The notes: generated by a model from the letters alone, not told the origin. 64,000 nt of DNA from Heteronotia binoei (GCF_032191835.1 NC_083224.1:89900001-89964000); one strand, 5' to 3'; numbered from the stretch's first letter, positions 1-11,712 are shown. Made by a program: numbers and translations.

Positions 1-1354
1 AACCAGTGATAGCTGATGTGTTCTGCTGCTGAGGAGGATCAGGGTGCAGTGCAGAGATACCTCCTCCCTCTCACTTTCTGAGGCCTTCCCTGAGGAAATG
101 GTGTGAAAGGTTACTTCAAAGGCTGGGTAAGGTGTGCCGCTCCACCAATGAACTGGGATCTGATGCTGGGCATTATACTAATCCTGCCGCCCTTGAAGCC
201 CCCATCCCCTTGCTTAGAGTGTGACTCTGTGCCTGACAAAAGCCTTGCTGGGCTGGGGAAGATGTGCCACCCCATCAATGAACTGGGATCTGCTGCTGGA
301 CATTGTGCTGGTTCAGCTGTCCCTGAAACCCCCACGCCCTACCTGGATTGTGAGTCTGCACCTGTCAGTGGCCTTGCTGGGCTGGGGATGTTCTACAAAT
401 GTGCTGGATTCTCCTGCTGGGCAGCACCATTGGCAGTGCAGTGGGTTTAGCTGCTATAAGGTAGGGGCACTAGTTGCAGTGCTTCAGCTGTCCTTGCAAA
501 ATCCCCCCCCCCCCGGATTGCAATTCAGAGATTTTCTGATTGGACCTTTATCCTGTTGGTTTTTGGGGTTTTTTTGGCAATGCCATAGTGGCATTGGCTC
601 TGCTTGGCACATTATACTGGTTTTGCTTCTAACTGAAACCCCCCCACTATTTTGTAGGTAAAATATTCGCTTACTTGACCTTACTCATTTTTTCCCATAG
701 CTGAAAGCAATGGAGCTTTCTCAGCCATTGGTTTCAATGGGGTGGGGGGGAGAGGAGGAGTCCAAGTCCACTCCAGTCTTCTTTGGAACTTGGGGGTTCT
801 TTTGGGGAGAGCATCCAGTAGGTACACTGCAAATTTGGCGCCTTTCCCTCAAACCCCATTCCCCCCAACACATGGGTTGTTCTGTATGTGGTTTTGCCTT
901 TTTTTTACAAAGTCAATTTTTAAAGTGATAGTCAGATTCTTTGATTTGACATTTTCCCCATCATTGAAATTAATGGATTTTTCACAGCCATTGATTTTAA
1001 TGAGGAATAGGGGCACCCTCTTTGGGTGCCCATAGGATTGGACTCCTTGGTCCAATCTTTTTGAAACTTGGGGGATCATTTGGGGAGAAGCTCTAAAAGG
1101 TACACAGCAAATTTGGTGCCTCTACCTCCTCCCCCCCAGCTCACGGAATATACTCTATGGGATTTTGCCATTGACTGAAATGGCCCATAGAGTATAATGG
1201 AGCCTAAAAAATTCGGGAATACTGAATTTTGGGGGGCTTTTTCCTTTTACCTAATATGAGATTTGGCTTTCCAAGGAAATAATGATTTTTTGTTTGTTTG
1301 TTTAATCCACCCAAAACTGAATTTTAACTAATTTTTTTTCTCTGCACACTCCTA
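1..1354. mobile_element. End of a long non-autonomous DNA-transposon-like repeat (other end outside window)
   Basis: Degenerate ~130-bp tandem units (121, 251, 380); a recurring TTTGAAACTTGGGGG...TTTGGGGAGA module at ~781 and ~1060 that recurs at ~33395; ends in a TIR-like TGCACACTCCTA (1343-1354). Family not assigned. Confidence 0.4.
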
Positions 1355-3514
1355 CTGTATACTTAGTGTTCTGTTCTTTTTGTTCAATTCAGTTTGCACT
1401 AAATATATTTGTACACTGTTTTGTGAAAGTTACATTGTTTCCACTGATTTTCTTTTAGTATCCATTTTCTTCAGGGGAGCTGATCTCTGCCAGCTGGCAA
1501 CACTAAAACAGTGAGTAAATAAAGCTGCAGGCAAGGTCAAGTTTAGATTTGTATGGAGAGATTTGTGTGAAAGCACCCAGTCCCCCTAACTTTGGGAACT
1601 ATCCCACTAGCCATAAAGTACAGTTGACTACTATATTCATTTCTGAACCTTTTTTATTTGTTGTATTTGTAAATTCTGCAACTTCTGAAAGGCTTTGAAC
1701 TGTGAGTGTATCATCTCTTGATACATGTATTTATGACACAGGAAAAAAAGAATAAAATAAATCCCACCACCACTAGTATTTTGATAATCATACAACTTGT
1801 TATAGAATTCCTTATTCTCTCAAAATTTAAAGTTCTTCCCCCTTTTAGTACTACCATATATTAGTGATCGTTTCTTAGCTACATCTCTCTCCTCCACCAT
1901 ATTTATCAATAGCAAAATTATGGCAGAGAGATGGCATATAAATCCCCAAATAAAAGGAATAAATAATAAATATATTCCTAAAGGGATGCCAAAAAAGAAG
2001 TTGAGAATGCTTCTTCTCTGTCTCTTGTGGCAAAGAATGCTTCTTCTAATGCATTCTTCTTCATCATGTTGTGTTGCGCTCTGAACCCCTATGGGGAATG
2101 GGCAGAATATAAATAAACAGATAATAATAATAATAATTTTGTTTTGAGTGATGTGGCAGCATTGGGAGGGGCTGAATCCTTATTGAAAAAATACATATCC
2201 TCTTCCTTCCCAAAACTGGCAATCAGGTGATTTACAATTTAAAAACAAAACAAGACATGCTGCTTATTTATATGTAACCAATAACAATTCATAAAAGCAA
2301 ACAATTAGAACAAATAATAAAAAGCCACAATGATAATCGCTGAAGATCTAGCCAAATTCCTTTTGAAACATAATTTCTTTCTAACTCCTTTTGGCTGAGA
2401 TGATACCATGGTATCTCTGACTTGTAGAGGAATCCTGTTTTCTTTCAAAATCCTCTGAGGCTCAAGCAGGAAAATCTTTGCAGGTAAAATAAATTACAGA
2501 CTATCTGATCAATTGTAGGGTACCAAAAAACTCACAGTTACTAAACATAATTACAAAGTCAGTTTGGCTTATTTCTATTTATGGACAGATGAATATAGAT
2601 GCTTTCAGGCTTTGCTGAATTACCTAATAGCAGCAAACAGTATAGAGAACTAATCCTATTGAGAGATCAGAGCAAATTTGCAGGCAGAAGGGGCTTGAAC
2701 TACTGCCAGTATTGTAATTATACAATCAAGTATACTACATACTGGCTTATATTGTCTTTTGAGTTCCCTTTTGTTTGTTTACTCTGAAGTTTATAGCTAT
2801 AGATGATCACAGTTCAGCAGTGTCTAAAGGTGACTAAGTGGACATTCTTTGACCACCATTTCAAGCTTGGTTAACATGGCTCCTGTATTTGAACAGTTTT
2901 CTCTTGACCTGAGAGGCAGTGGAAGACCATCACATTCATTTTAGTAGCAATAAATTGAGGCCAACATGGCTTGATATAACAAGAATGCTTTCTGGCTACC
3001 ACACCATTCCTGCCAAAGTTAGTTTCAATAATAGGTTTGTGCTGCACCTGCTCCCCCTCTAGGCCATTAGGGAAAATGACACTGAAGCCAACATGAATGA
3101 AATCTAAGACATGTTCAGCTGGGAGTGGGACACTGGGTAAGGGTTGGGTGCTCTCAAAAGCAGCAGCATTTTCTTCATGGAAGTGCATTGTTGGTTAGAA
3201 AATAGCCAGCCCTGACCTCACAGAGCCTCAAGGAGAAGTTCCAGTCTACCTTTCCACCCCAATATCCTTAACTTTTAATTATTGTGGCCGAATGACAGCC
3301 TGCATGGATCTGTTCGTTGAATCAATGACCTTTGCACCTGAATTAGTCCTCATCCTGCCATGTCCGTGTAGTTAGCCTGAGCAGCAGCTCTGCCAGATCA
3401 GCACAGGGGCACCAGCATTCTCCATTGCTCTCCTCTCATTCAGGTTTCCTCCATATGAACTTCTGCCAGGGCTCCATTCTGACAGAAGCTGCGCTTGAAG
3501 CTCAGCTCTCACAT

Positions 3515-3625
3515 CTACCTTATGCCTGTTTCTGGACATAGCTTAGTCTTTTTGAGGCTTTCTTTGACAAGGATGAACTCCGGCCTGCCATCTTGCTCCC
3601 CATTCAGGACCAGCTCTCGCTCATA
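3515..3625 (-). CDS. FAM107-family protein, last coding exon (YERELVLNGEQDGRPEFILVKESLKKTKLCPETGIR*)
   Basis: Acceptor ttgtttgcag, phase 0 matching the upstream exon; PEFILVKESLKKT resembles the FAM107A/B C-terminal PEFIKVRENLRR / PEFVKVKGNLRRT; TAG at 3517-3515. Confidence 0.9.
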   Translation of the reverse strand, partial: YERELVLNGEQDGRPEFILVKESLKKTKLCPETGIR

Positions 3626-4368
3626 CTGCAAACAAGACAACGATGAAAACGAAAATCAGCTCCTGATCCATTCTCTTAAGAACAGAGATTCTACCCAAAC
3701 ATCAACAACCTTAAATCTCTAACCCAAATTTCATACTATTGACTTAAAACTTAAATAATTAAACTTAACTTTAGAACACGACAGACACTGAATTTGCAGT
3801 ATTTTTTTAAAGACAGCTGAGAGTGGTTTTAGAGTTTCAGAGCCTCTTGTCACCCTGTTTGAGCAATATCTTGCTTCCTGTGATTTACACATTTCTTTTG
3901 TCCTGTTGTCATTGGGGCAAGCAGGTTTGGAGGGTTCTTTCCCCATAACTTGCAAAGCCTGCTTACCCAAGATGAAAATAAAATAAATATATATGGCATG
4001 AGCAGCAACCACTTTTTAAAACCCCCTTAAACAATTAGGTGGGGGGGGGGGAGCTTCCACCTATCTCCAGCTTCATTATGGCAACACTTAGACTTACAGC
4101 ACTGAACATTCCCCAATCAGTGAAGGAGCTATAAGTCTCATGCATTGCATTTATTATTATCCCTTTGTCCTACTGAACATCTAATACCAGAGATGGAAAA
4201 CAACACTAAGGGTTTGGCATAAATTCTAATTTTTTATTTCTGTTTGGTTCTAACATTTATTTGTAAATTGTGAGAGAATTCCATTAACATAAACATTCCT
4301 AATAAAGCCTGGGATTTAATTTGGATTAAGTTACCATTTAAAAATTGTAGCTACTAAGGGGAGAGAAA

Positions 4369-4963
4369 TGTCCTCAAAATCAATACATATGACATTATTA
4401 AACTATTAAATTTCACTAATTTTTCCTTTTATTAATGGAAGGGCTGCCAGTTTCAGGGAACGCACTATGATATCGATACATCTGTTTAAAAATTCAGATC
4501 TAAGAGGAACTCAATAGGAGAATTTGCCAGAATTATTGGAAGGATTTAGCCTCAGATTTTAGAGAGGGATTATTGAGAGTCAAAGAGATAGATAGATAGG
4601 TCAGGACCCAGAACGTTTTTTTCTACTGCTCTGATGCTGTCCCCTTGATGTGTGGATTGATACTCTCAGGCAATTTTCCTTTCTGACATCTTCTCGCCAC
4701 ACTGTTCTCCATCATGGCACCTAGAAGGGCCAGAATCCTTTCAAAACTCAGGGCTCAGGGAGCGTCTTGCTCGTGAGCGTGCCGCCCTCCTCCGATCCCT
4801 GAGGTCCTGATGAAGGCGGTCACGCACACGAGCCACCCGAGAGGGTGAGGCAGGGGGGCTTGGATCTTCTCCAGCAGGAGGCAGGGGCATTGGTGCAGGT
4901 GGCAGGGGCACAGTTTCTTCTGCAGGCTCGGCTTCTTCTGCAGGGCCCCCAGCACCCATGACA
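4369..4963 (-). mobile_element. Probable solo LTR (Gypsy/ERV-type), ~595 bp, in FAM107-like intron
   Basis: Minus strand begins TGTCAT and ends AGGACA; flanks GAAA/GTAA (4-bp TSD with 1 mismatch); AATAAA ~60 nt before the 3' end (4428-4433). Confidence 0.6.
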
Positions 4964-5085
4964 GTAACTTTGTTTCCTAGCAGCACACACAAACCAGATA
5001 GACTCTGCTGCATTACATGCCTTCAGCAGTCTGCTAAAGTAATATTAATATACCCTGCCAAACATTGGACTTGTGAGCAGACCAT

Positions 5086-5210
5086 GGGGGGTGGGGATGC
5101 GGGGTGGGGAAAGCATAGTGCTGGGACAGAGAACTTGGATGGGGGGTGGATGGGGGGTGGGGAGAGCATAGTGCTGGGGAGTGGGGAGAGCATAGTGCTG
5201 GGACAGAGAA
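5086..5210. repeat. G-rich minisatellite
   Basis: GGGGAGAGCATAGTGCTGGG-type unit three times, interspersed with GGGGGTGG runs; G-quadruplex potential. Confidence 0.7.
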
Positions 5211-5437
5211 CCTTAAGGATTTATTGTGCTGTGGCCCACGTTATGCAATGAAGAGGGGTGACGATACTGAGAACCAGTAAGGATTTATATGTGGAGGAAC
5301 TGTGAGTAAATGAGGGTTAGGGGAAAAATCATTGACATGGAATCAGCCTTGACATGCTGGGAGCCTATTAGGGAGGAACAGATGATGGCTGTGCCATGGG
5401 ATGGCTGAGATGTTGTTGTGACTAATAAAGAACAAAC

Positions 5438-5582
5438 CTGCTCAAGTTTCTGCTGTCTTTTTCTCAGCTCCTCTTCCAGGTCTCTTAGGGGTGTGTGTGT
5501 TTCTTCCTGTTGCTTCAGCTGCTTGAGTCTCCTGGTTTCTAGTACCCTCTGAAGTTCAGGCTTGTGTTCTGGAAACAGCCCC
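5438..5582 (-). CDS. FAM107-family protein, internal coding exon (GLFPEHKPELQRVLETRRLKQLKQQEETHTPLRDLEEELRKRQQKLEQ)
   Basis: 145 nt, ag/gt bounded, phase 2 in and phase 0 out; KPELQRVLE and ELxKRQQKLEQ are FAM107 core motifs. Confidence 0.95.
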
Positions 5583-5734
5583 CTAAGACAGTACAATAAA
5601 AAATGAAGGGCCTATGATTATTCCTTCCTTGATTCTTCCCCCCTTTTCCTCCAATTCCTACTTCTGCTGTTGAGAATTAGAATGCAATAAATCTCCACTC
5701 TGCTGTGAACAATTCTCACAGGTTTGTTGTAGGG

Positions 5735-6700
5735 ATTTATGTCCACTTTTCTCATTGAGACTCAAGTCGGCTTGCACAGTGTAGATCAAAGCAAACAATA
5801 TGATGATATATCTAATGAGCAATGTAATGGGACTAGAAATTACAGGAATTTGAAATGGTTATCTGAACAAAGCAAAGGTATTAAACGTGTCATACTATGG
5901 ATTGCATAAACTGAAACAGTACATTTTCCTGGGCCAATCTGTTATAATTTAGGCTTATTTCCTTCATAAATATGCCCTCCTGAACAATTATGCTTCACCC
6001 TATTTGTGAAAGGCCAGGAGCTTGAGAGCATTTGTGACCTTCTCAGGCAAGCCATTCCACAGGGTGGGGGCGACTACAAAAAAGGCATGTGTACAGGCAG
6101 TTGTTGATCAGATGGGTGAAATTGTCATGGCTAGATGGAGATGGTCCAGGGCCATGAAGGGCTTTGTCTGTGATTGTTAATACCTTGGTAACCAATGGGC
6201 AACCAATGGATTACAGAATGGGTATAATGGGCATACTCTGCCTAGGTCCTGATAATAATGAAACTGTGGCATTTGGCACCAACTTGAGTCTCTGAATTGA
6301 TTTCAAGGAGAGATCAATGCAGAGGGCATTACTGTAGTTCAGTCTTGATATGAACATATATGAACATATGAAGCTGCCTTATACTGAATCAGACCTTTGG
6401 TCCATCAAAGTCAGTATTGTCTTCTCAGACTGGCAGCAGCTCTCCAGGGTCTCAAGCTAAGGTTTTTTCACACCTATTTGCCTGGACCCTTTTTTGGAGA
6501 TGCTGGGGATTGAACCTGGGACCTTCCCAAGCAGATGCTCTACCACTGAGCCACCGTCCCTCCCCATGTTACCATGGCACGGATCCAGGTGACTAGATTG
6601 GCCAACTCAAGGTAGGAAGCTATCTTCAGGGCTAGAGTAATTCAGGAAAAAAGCATTTTTGTGTCTGCATTAACTTGCTTTTTCATCAGTAATGTTGGCC
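5735..6700 (-). mobile_element. Old L2 LINE 3' fragment interrupted by a SINE
   Basis: Decayed L2 RT/3' sequence similar to the L2 pieces at 10430-10805 and 50185-50950; no intact ORF. Confidence 0.55.
6356..6565 (-). mobile_element. tRNA-derived SINE with CR1-like 3' tail
   Basis: Minus strand: GGTGGCTCAGTGGTAGAGC (A box), GGTTCAATCCCC (B box), tail TCTGATTCAGTATAAGGCAGCTTCATATGTTC. Confidence 0.8.
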
Positions 6701-6717
6701 CAATATAATTGCTCAGC

Positions 6718-6945
6718 TCTTAACCAGGCTTTTGCAACCTCCAGGTGGGACCTGGTGATCCCCAAGCATTACAGCTAATCTCCAGACTACAGGGATCAGT
6801 TCCATTGGATAAAATGGCAGCTTTGGAGAGCATACTCTATAGTATCACTTCCCTGATGAACTCCCTCCCCTTCCCAAACCCTGCCCTCCCTAGTCTCTGT
6901 CCCCAGATCTCTAGGAATTTCCCAACCCAGAGTTTGCAACCCTAC
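6718..6945. mobile_element. hAT (Blackjack-like) MITE
   Basis: Same internal sequence as 9311-9510 and 47203-47421; decayed GGGTTGCCA/TTGCAACCCTA termini. Confidence 0.65.
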
Positions 6946-7158
6946 TTAATGGAGTCAGCAACGAGATGATAAACAAGGTAGCACACCCTGAACTGACTTT
7001 TGTCCAAACAAACCAAGAAGATTTTGCACCCAGGTGGCAGGGGATGGGGTGGGCTATAAAATAGGATTGCTCCCTTGAAGAATCTTATCCCCAATAAGAA
7101 TTATCCCTTCACAGCAGTAATCCCTTCACAACAATCCATGGATTACAGATCCACTCAC

Positions 7159-7303
7159 TTCCTATGGGTGAAAAGCAACTCCCGGTGCATCTCCCGGTGG
7201 TGCTTGGATTCCTTTACTGGGTTTGGCAGTTTCTTGGGCTCAATGAGTCCTCTGTCACTCCCAGATTCCTGGTAGATGCCATGCTCAAAGCTGCTGTTTG
7301 CAT
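7159..7303 (-). CDS. FAM107-family protein, internal coding exon ([D]ANSSFEHGIYQESGSDRGLIEPKKLPNPVKESKHHREMHRELLFTHRK)
   Basis: 145 nt, tgtttcag acceptor and gtgagt donor, phase 1 in and phase 2 out; LIEPKKLPNPVKES..HRELL matches FAM107A LIKPKKLLNPVKAS..HRELL. Confidence 0.95.
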
Positions 7304-7483
7304 CTGAAACATAATAATAAAGGCCATCTGCTATAAAATCCAGTGTTTTGCCGCAGAAGGAAAGTTTCTTACAATTCCTTCCCTATGACCCTGGTCTCAA
7401 CCAGTAGTGAATAAATTACTATAGATGTGATATATATATGTGTGTGTATCTTTAAGTTAGCACTCATAAGCCATTTTTTCAAT

Positions 7484-7700
7484 AGAGCACCAGTTTGGTA
7501 TAGCAGGTTTGATTCCCCACTCCTCCACATGCAGCTGCTAGAGTGACCTTTGGTCAGTCACAGTTCTTGAAAGAGCTCTCTCAGCCCACTCTTCAGTTGT
7601 GAGGAGGGGAGGGGAAAGGAGATTGTAAGCCACTCTGACACTCCTTTGGGTAATGAAAGGCAGGGTACAAATCCAATCTTCTTCTCCTTCTCCTCCCCCC
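7484..7700 (+). mobile_element. tRNA-derived SINE with L2-like tail (Squam3-like), partly deleted
   Basis: Aligns to the fuller copy at 42522-42805. Confidence 0.7.
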
Positions 7701-8364
7701 TACCTGTGTGGGAGGGGCCTCTCTTAAATCTCGTTCTGTGTGTGGGGGTGGATGTTGGTTGGTTACAGTTTTCCACCAACTATTCTCCATCTGTGTAAGT
7801 TTTCAGTCCCAGTTGTAAGTAATAAAGAGATCTGTTATTGAAGCTGCCAAAGTTGCCTGTGTGCTGACTACTGAGCAGGACTGAAGGGCTATCTGACAGG
7901 TAAGCATACTGCTGTTCTACACAGAGGATACTACAGTGGAGAAGGAATACCTTTGATGGGCCACCCCTTTGTAAGTCTGCTGGATGGACTGAAAATAATT
8001 ACCATGCAGAGAGAGGTTTTGAGTGATCTATTTCTGAGAGGATTTTTCAATGCAATTTCAGAGATTCCTACTCTTTCAGAGATTCCTACACAGTTAATCA
8101 TATATGCCCCCATGTGGTGAAACCACAAATTCCAGCCATTGAGCTTGTACTGTTTTTTAAATTCATGGCTGTAACCTTCATTGTATTGAGATACATTTAT
8201 GCAGTCATCAACAGCAGAAAATTTGCAGAGCATTCTAAAATCTTTGTAAACCCATACTAAATGCTTATATGAAGCATTATATAAAGATAGTGAACAAACT
8301 AAGCATAAAGCAAAAAAGAGTCTGATATAATGAAGAGTTTGAGATCTGAATAATAAATAAGATT

Positions 8365-9160
8365 CAGGCTGGTAGCCACAGGAGGGCCCGGGGGGCCCGG
8401 CCTCTCCATTGAAACCACCCCCTTTGACCTGTATGACCACTCCTGGCAGCCCCACTCTCCATGGCTCTTGTGGGCCCCACTCTCTCCGCCACCACTTCTC
8501 TGGCGGTCCCAATCTCCTTGCCACTCTGGTGGCCCCCTCCACGGCACCTCCCCTTCCTTCCTCCCACCCAGTGAAGCGCAGCTCCTGGGGCTCTTTCAAG
8601 GCCCCCACGCCAATCAGCTGATCAGTGGGAAAAGCTTGGGGAGGCCAGCACTCCTCTGCCGGCCTCCCAGCACTCTGCATCTTTAGCGCTAGGGTGGTGG
8701 TGAAAGGAAGGACCAGCAAACCCTGGAAAAGCGCCCACCGCCTCCACTGCTTCCTCCTCACTTCCCTCCCATGAAATCCGGGTAGGGAAGTGGGGAGGAA
8801 GCAGCGGAGGAGGCGGGTGCTTTTCCAGGGCTTGCTGGTCCTTCCTTTCACCACCGCCCCAGTGCTAAAGATGCAGAGTGCTGGGAGGCCGGCAGAGGAG
8901 TGCTGGCCTCCCTGTGGTTTTTCCCACCAACCAGCTAATTGGCGGGGGGGGGGGGCTTGAAAGAGCCTCAGGAGCCAGCGCTTCACCGGGTGGAAGGGAG
9001 GAAGGGACGGGGAGGTGCCGGGGAGGGGGCTGCCAGAGCGGCAGGGGGATCGAGGGCAGCCAGAGCCCCCAGAGAGTGGGGGCTGCCAGAGCGGTGGCCC
9101 CTCCATCTGAAATTTTATTCCGTGGCCCCCTCCACCTAAAATTTTTTGGCTACGGGCCAA
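8365..9160. mobile_element. Largely palindromic hAT-type MITE
   Basis: Termini CAGGCTGGTAGCCA / TGGCTACGGGCC; arms ~8440-8770 and ~8780-9095 are reverse complements; same TIR type as 61536-61810. Confidence 0.7.
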
Positions 9161-9310
9161 TTTAATGGATTACTGGGGAAATCTGGATACTGTGTGCTTT
9201 CCCTTTGTCCTGAAGCATCTAGACGCATTTTTTAAAAAGAGGGTGAACATCAGAGTGGCTACACTGCCTTCACCAAAACTTTGCAACAAGACTATTTCCT
9301 CCACTGTCAA

Positions 9311-9510
9311 TAGGGTTGCCAACCCCAAGGTGGCATGTGGAGGTCTCCCGCTATTACAGTTGACCTCCAGACAATCAAGATCAGTTTCCCTGGAAAAAAT
9401 GGCAGCTTTGGAGGGTGGACTCTATGGCATTATCCTCAAGTTCCCTGCCCTCCCCAGGCTCCACCCCCAAAATCTCCAGGTATTGCATAATCAAGAGTTG
9501 GCAACACTTA
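9311..9510. mobile_element. hAT (Blackjack-like) MITE
   Basis: TAGGGTTGCCAA ... TTGGCAACACTTA termini; flanks ACTGTCAA/ATTATCAA (8-bp TSD, 6/8). Confidence 0.75.
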
Positions 9511-10429
9511 ATTATCAATCATTTGGGAACAGGTTTTCAATCTTAAAGCATTTGTGTTCAGGGAACAATCTGGATAGTGTTGCAGACTATCCTAAATTTG
9601 GCAGATTTTTGCCAGGAGGGGGCATGGTGTGCTCCCCCACGGGCCTCAGACTGAGAGGGAAGGGGACTTTCCTTGCTTTCCATCTCCGTGCTGACCCTGC
9701 TCCTTTCAACCTGAGGAGCAAGAGCCTTGTCCTGCTCTGCAGATTTCCTTTTGCTTATGAAGGGCCTGTCTTGTCATGTGGCTAGGCTCCACACCTCTGG
9801 AACTCCCATGGGATCTGAACACTTCCTGTGGGAAGCTACCTGCATATCCCAACTGTGGTTCATCCCACTGTTTTCATGCCCAGAGTCGAAGCTGCCTCCC
9901 AGCTGATTGTCACACAGTGGGTTGTTAAAAAGCCAATGCCAAGGCTTTGACTTAAAGGTGCCTCATGTGTTGCTGCTTTGGTGAATGGACACTGAGGGTG
10001 AATCCCTGGGTGGCCTCAGAGTGGAGGCCCCCAGGGGCTGCTTGTCTGGCTCACCAATAGGTGATAGAAGGAAATTCAAAATCGAATGTAGAGTTGGATG
10101 TCTTTCCTAGCATTTCTTGAGAGATTTATTTTTTAAAAAAATCAGGTCCATAATCCTTCTCTGAAATATGCAACAGAATCTCACTGTTATGGACAATAAT
10201 AAATTTATGTTACAAAGGTGAAGGTAACTTCTATTTCCATCCCCATGAAGATGAGCTTCTCCAATCTGTATTCCTGCACATTTTCTCCCCACTTTTATAA
10301 CCATTGCCCCTCCTTTCCCCTCATATGTAGAATGTTCCTACCTGTATTCTGTCTGTTCTTGTGGGTCCTATATTCACCCTAGAAAAGAAAAGTCTGAAAT
10401 TAGGAAAGAGACAAGCATTTTAAGAAAGC

Positions 10430-10803
10430 AGTGAATAAACACAAAATCCTTAATTAATTTTATTTAAAATGTTTGAATACCATGTTTCCACTCACCTTAG
10501 GGCCCTCAAGGTGGCAAACGATCAAAACAATTAAAATCAGCTTTAAAACACACACATATTTAAACTATATTTAAAACAATAGAATGCCAAACAAAGCAGA
10601 AAAGTCTTCACCTGCTAATGAAGGATAACAGTAGAGGGAGACAAAGCTCCCTGGGGAGGGAATTCCATGGTTTTGGTTATACTGCCAATAAGGCCCTTTC
10701 TCAAGTTGCCACCTGTCTTGCCTCAGAAAATAGGGTCACCCGAAATAAGGCCTCTGAAGATTATCCCAGTGGCTGCATAGGTTCATATGGGAATTGGCAG
10801 TCC
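10430..10803 (-). mobile_element. Old L2 LINE 3' fragment
   Basis: L2-type 3' tail and decayed RT C-terminal sequence. Confidence 0.5.
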
Positions 10804-11098
10804 AAGAGCCCTGTGGCACAGAGTGGTAAAGCTGCAGTATTGCAGTCTGAGCTCCCTGCTCATGACCTGAGTTTGATCCCAGCGGAAACTGAGTTCAGGT
10901 AGCCAGCTCCAGGTTGACCCAGCCTTCCATCCCTCCGAGGTCAGTAAAATGAGTACCCAGCTTGCTGGGGGGAAAGTGTAGATGACTGGGGAAGGAAAAC
11001 CACCCTGTAAAAAGTCTGCCGTGAAAACGTTGTGAAAGCAACATCACTCCAAAGTCAGAAACGACTGGTGCTTGCACGGGGGACTACCTTTACCTTTT
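10804..11098 (+). mobile_element. Sauria SINE, near full length
   Basis: Head GTGGCACAGAGTGGTAAAGCTGCAG, body AAAATGAGTACCCAGCTTGCTGGGGG, tail GGGGACTACCTTTACCTTT. Confidence 0.85.
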
Positions 11099-11104
11099 TA
11101 AGGT

Positions 11105-11299
11105 ACGTGAACTGCCTTACACTGAATCAGACTTTTGGACCACCAAAGTCAGTATTGTCAACTTAGACTGGCAGTTGCTTTCCAAGGTCTCAAAGGTCTT
11201 TCACATCATCTTCTCCCAGATGTTTTAACTGGAGATGCTGGGGGTTGAACCTGGGACCTTCTGCATGCCAAGCAGATGCTCTGTCACTGAGCTGGTCCC
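11105..11299 (-). mobile_element. tRNA-derived SINE with CR1-like tail
   Basis: Same family as 6356-6565. Confidence 0.75.
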
Positions 11300-11494
11300 A
11301 ATCTATATTGGTCTTTAAAGCTCAATATCAGCACCTCGAATTGGACTCCAAAGCAAATTTGAAGGACCCACTGGAGCGGTACATTCTGTATGACCCACTC
11401 CAGTCAGCATTGTGGCTGCAGCATCTGCAGTTGTAGCTTCCAGACTGTCTTCATTGGCAGTCCATGTAGAGCAAATTGCAGTAGTCTAAATTAG

Positions 11495-11712
11495 ATCATA
11501 GAATCATAGAGTTGGAAGGGTTATCTAGTCCAACCCCCTGCACAATGCAGGAAACTCACAAACACCTCCCCCTAAATTCACAGGATCTTCATTGCTGTCA
11601 GATGGCCATCTAGCCTCTGTTTAAAAACCTCCAAGGAAGGAGAGCCCACCACCTCCTGAGGAAGCCTGTTCCACTGAGGAATTGCTCAAATGGTCAGGAA
11701 GTTCTTTCTAAT
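11495..11712 (-). mobile_element. CR1 LINE 3' end
   Basis: ATCATAGAATCATAGA octamer tail followed by CR1 3' UTR and ORF2 end. Confidence 0.8.

Noticed and set aside
2871-3188. 105-aa minus ORF
   Set aside because: Lies in the presumed FAM107-like 3' UTR; no recognisable homology or splice support.
6500-6565. tRNA-like A/B boxes here and at 11240-11299, 29090-29147, 42525-42590, 57100-57165
   Set aside because: SINE heads; no complete cloverleaf.
7807-7899. Plus-strand exon-like segment (tttcag ... cag|gtaagc), antisense to FAM107-like
   Set aside because: Isolated splice pair with no partner exons or ORF; expected by chance.
7951-7988. 38-nt minus-strand candidate exon for FAM107-like (and another acceptor at 14541)
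   Set aside because: Phases do not bridge MGVSQSKR to the 7303 exon without assuming a weak donor; no homology.
7931-9160. 409-aa minus ORF, the longest in the window
   Set aside because: Chimera of a GC-rich palindromic MITE and AT-rich intron; no domain recognised.
9165-9785. 206-aa plus ORF
   Set aside because: Runs through a Blackjack-like MITE; no coding signature.
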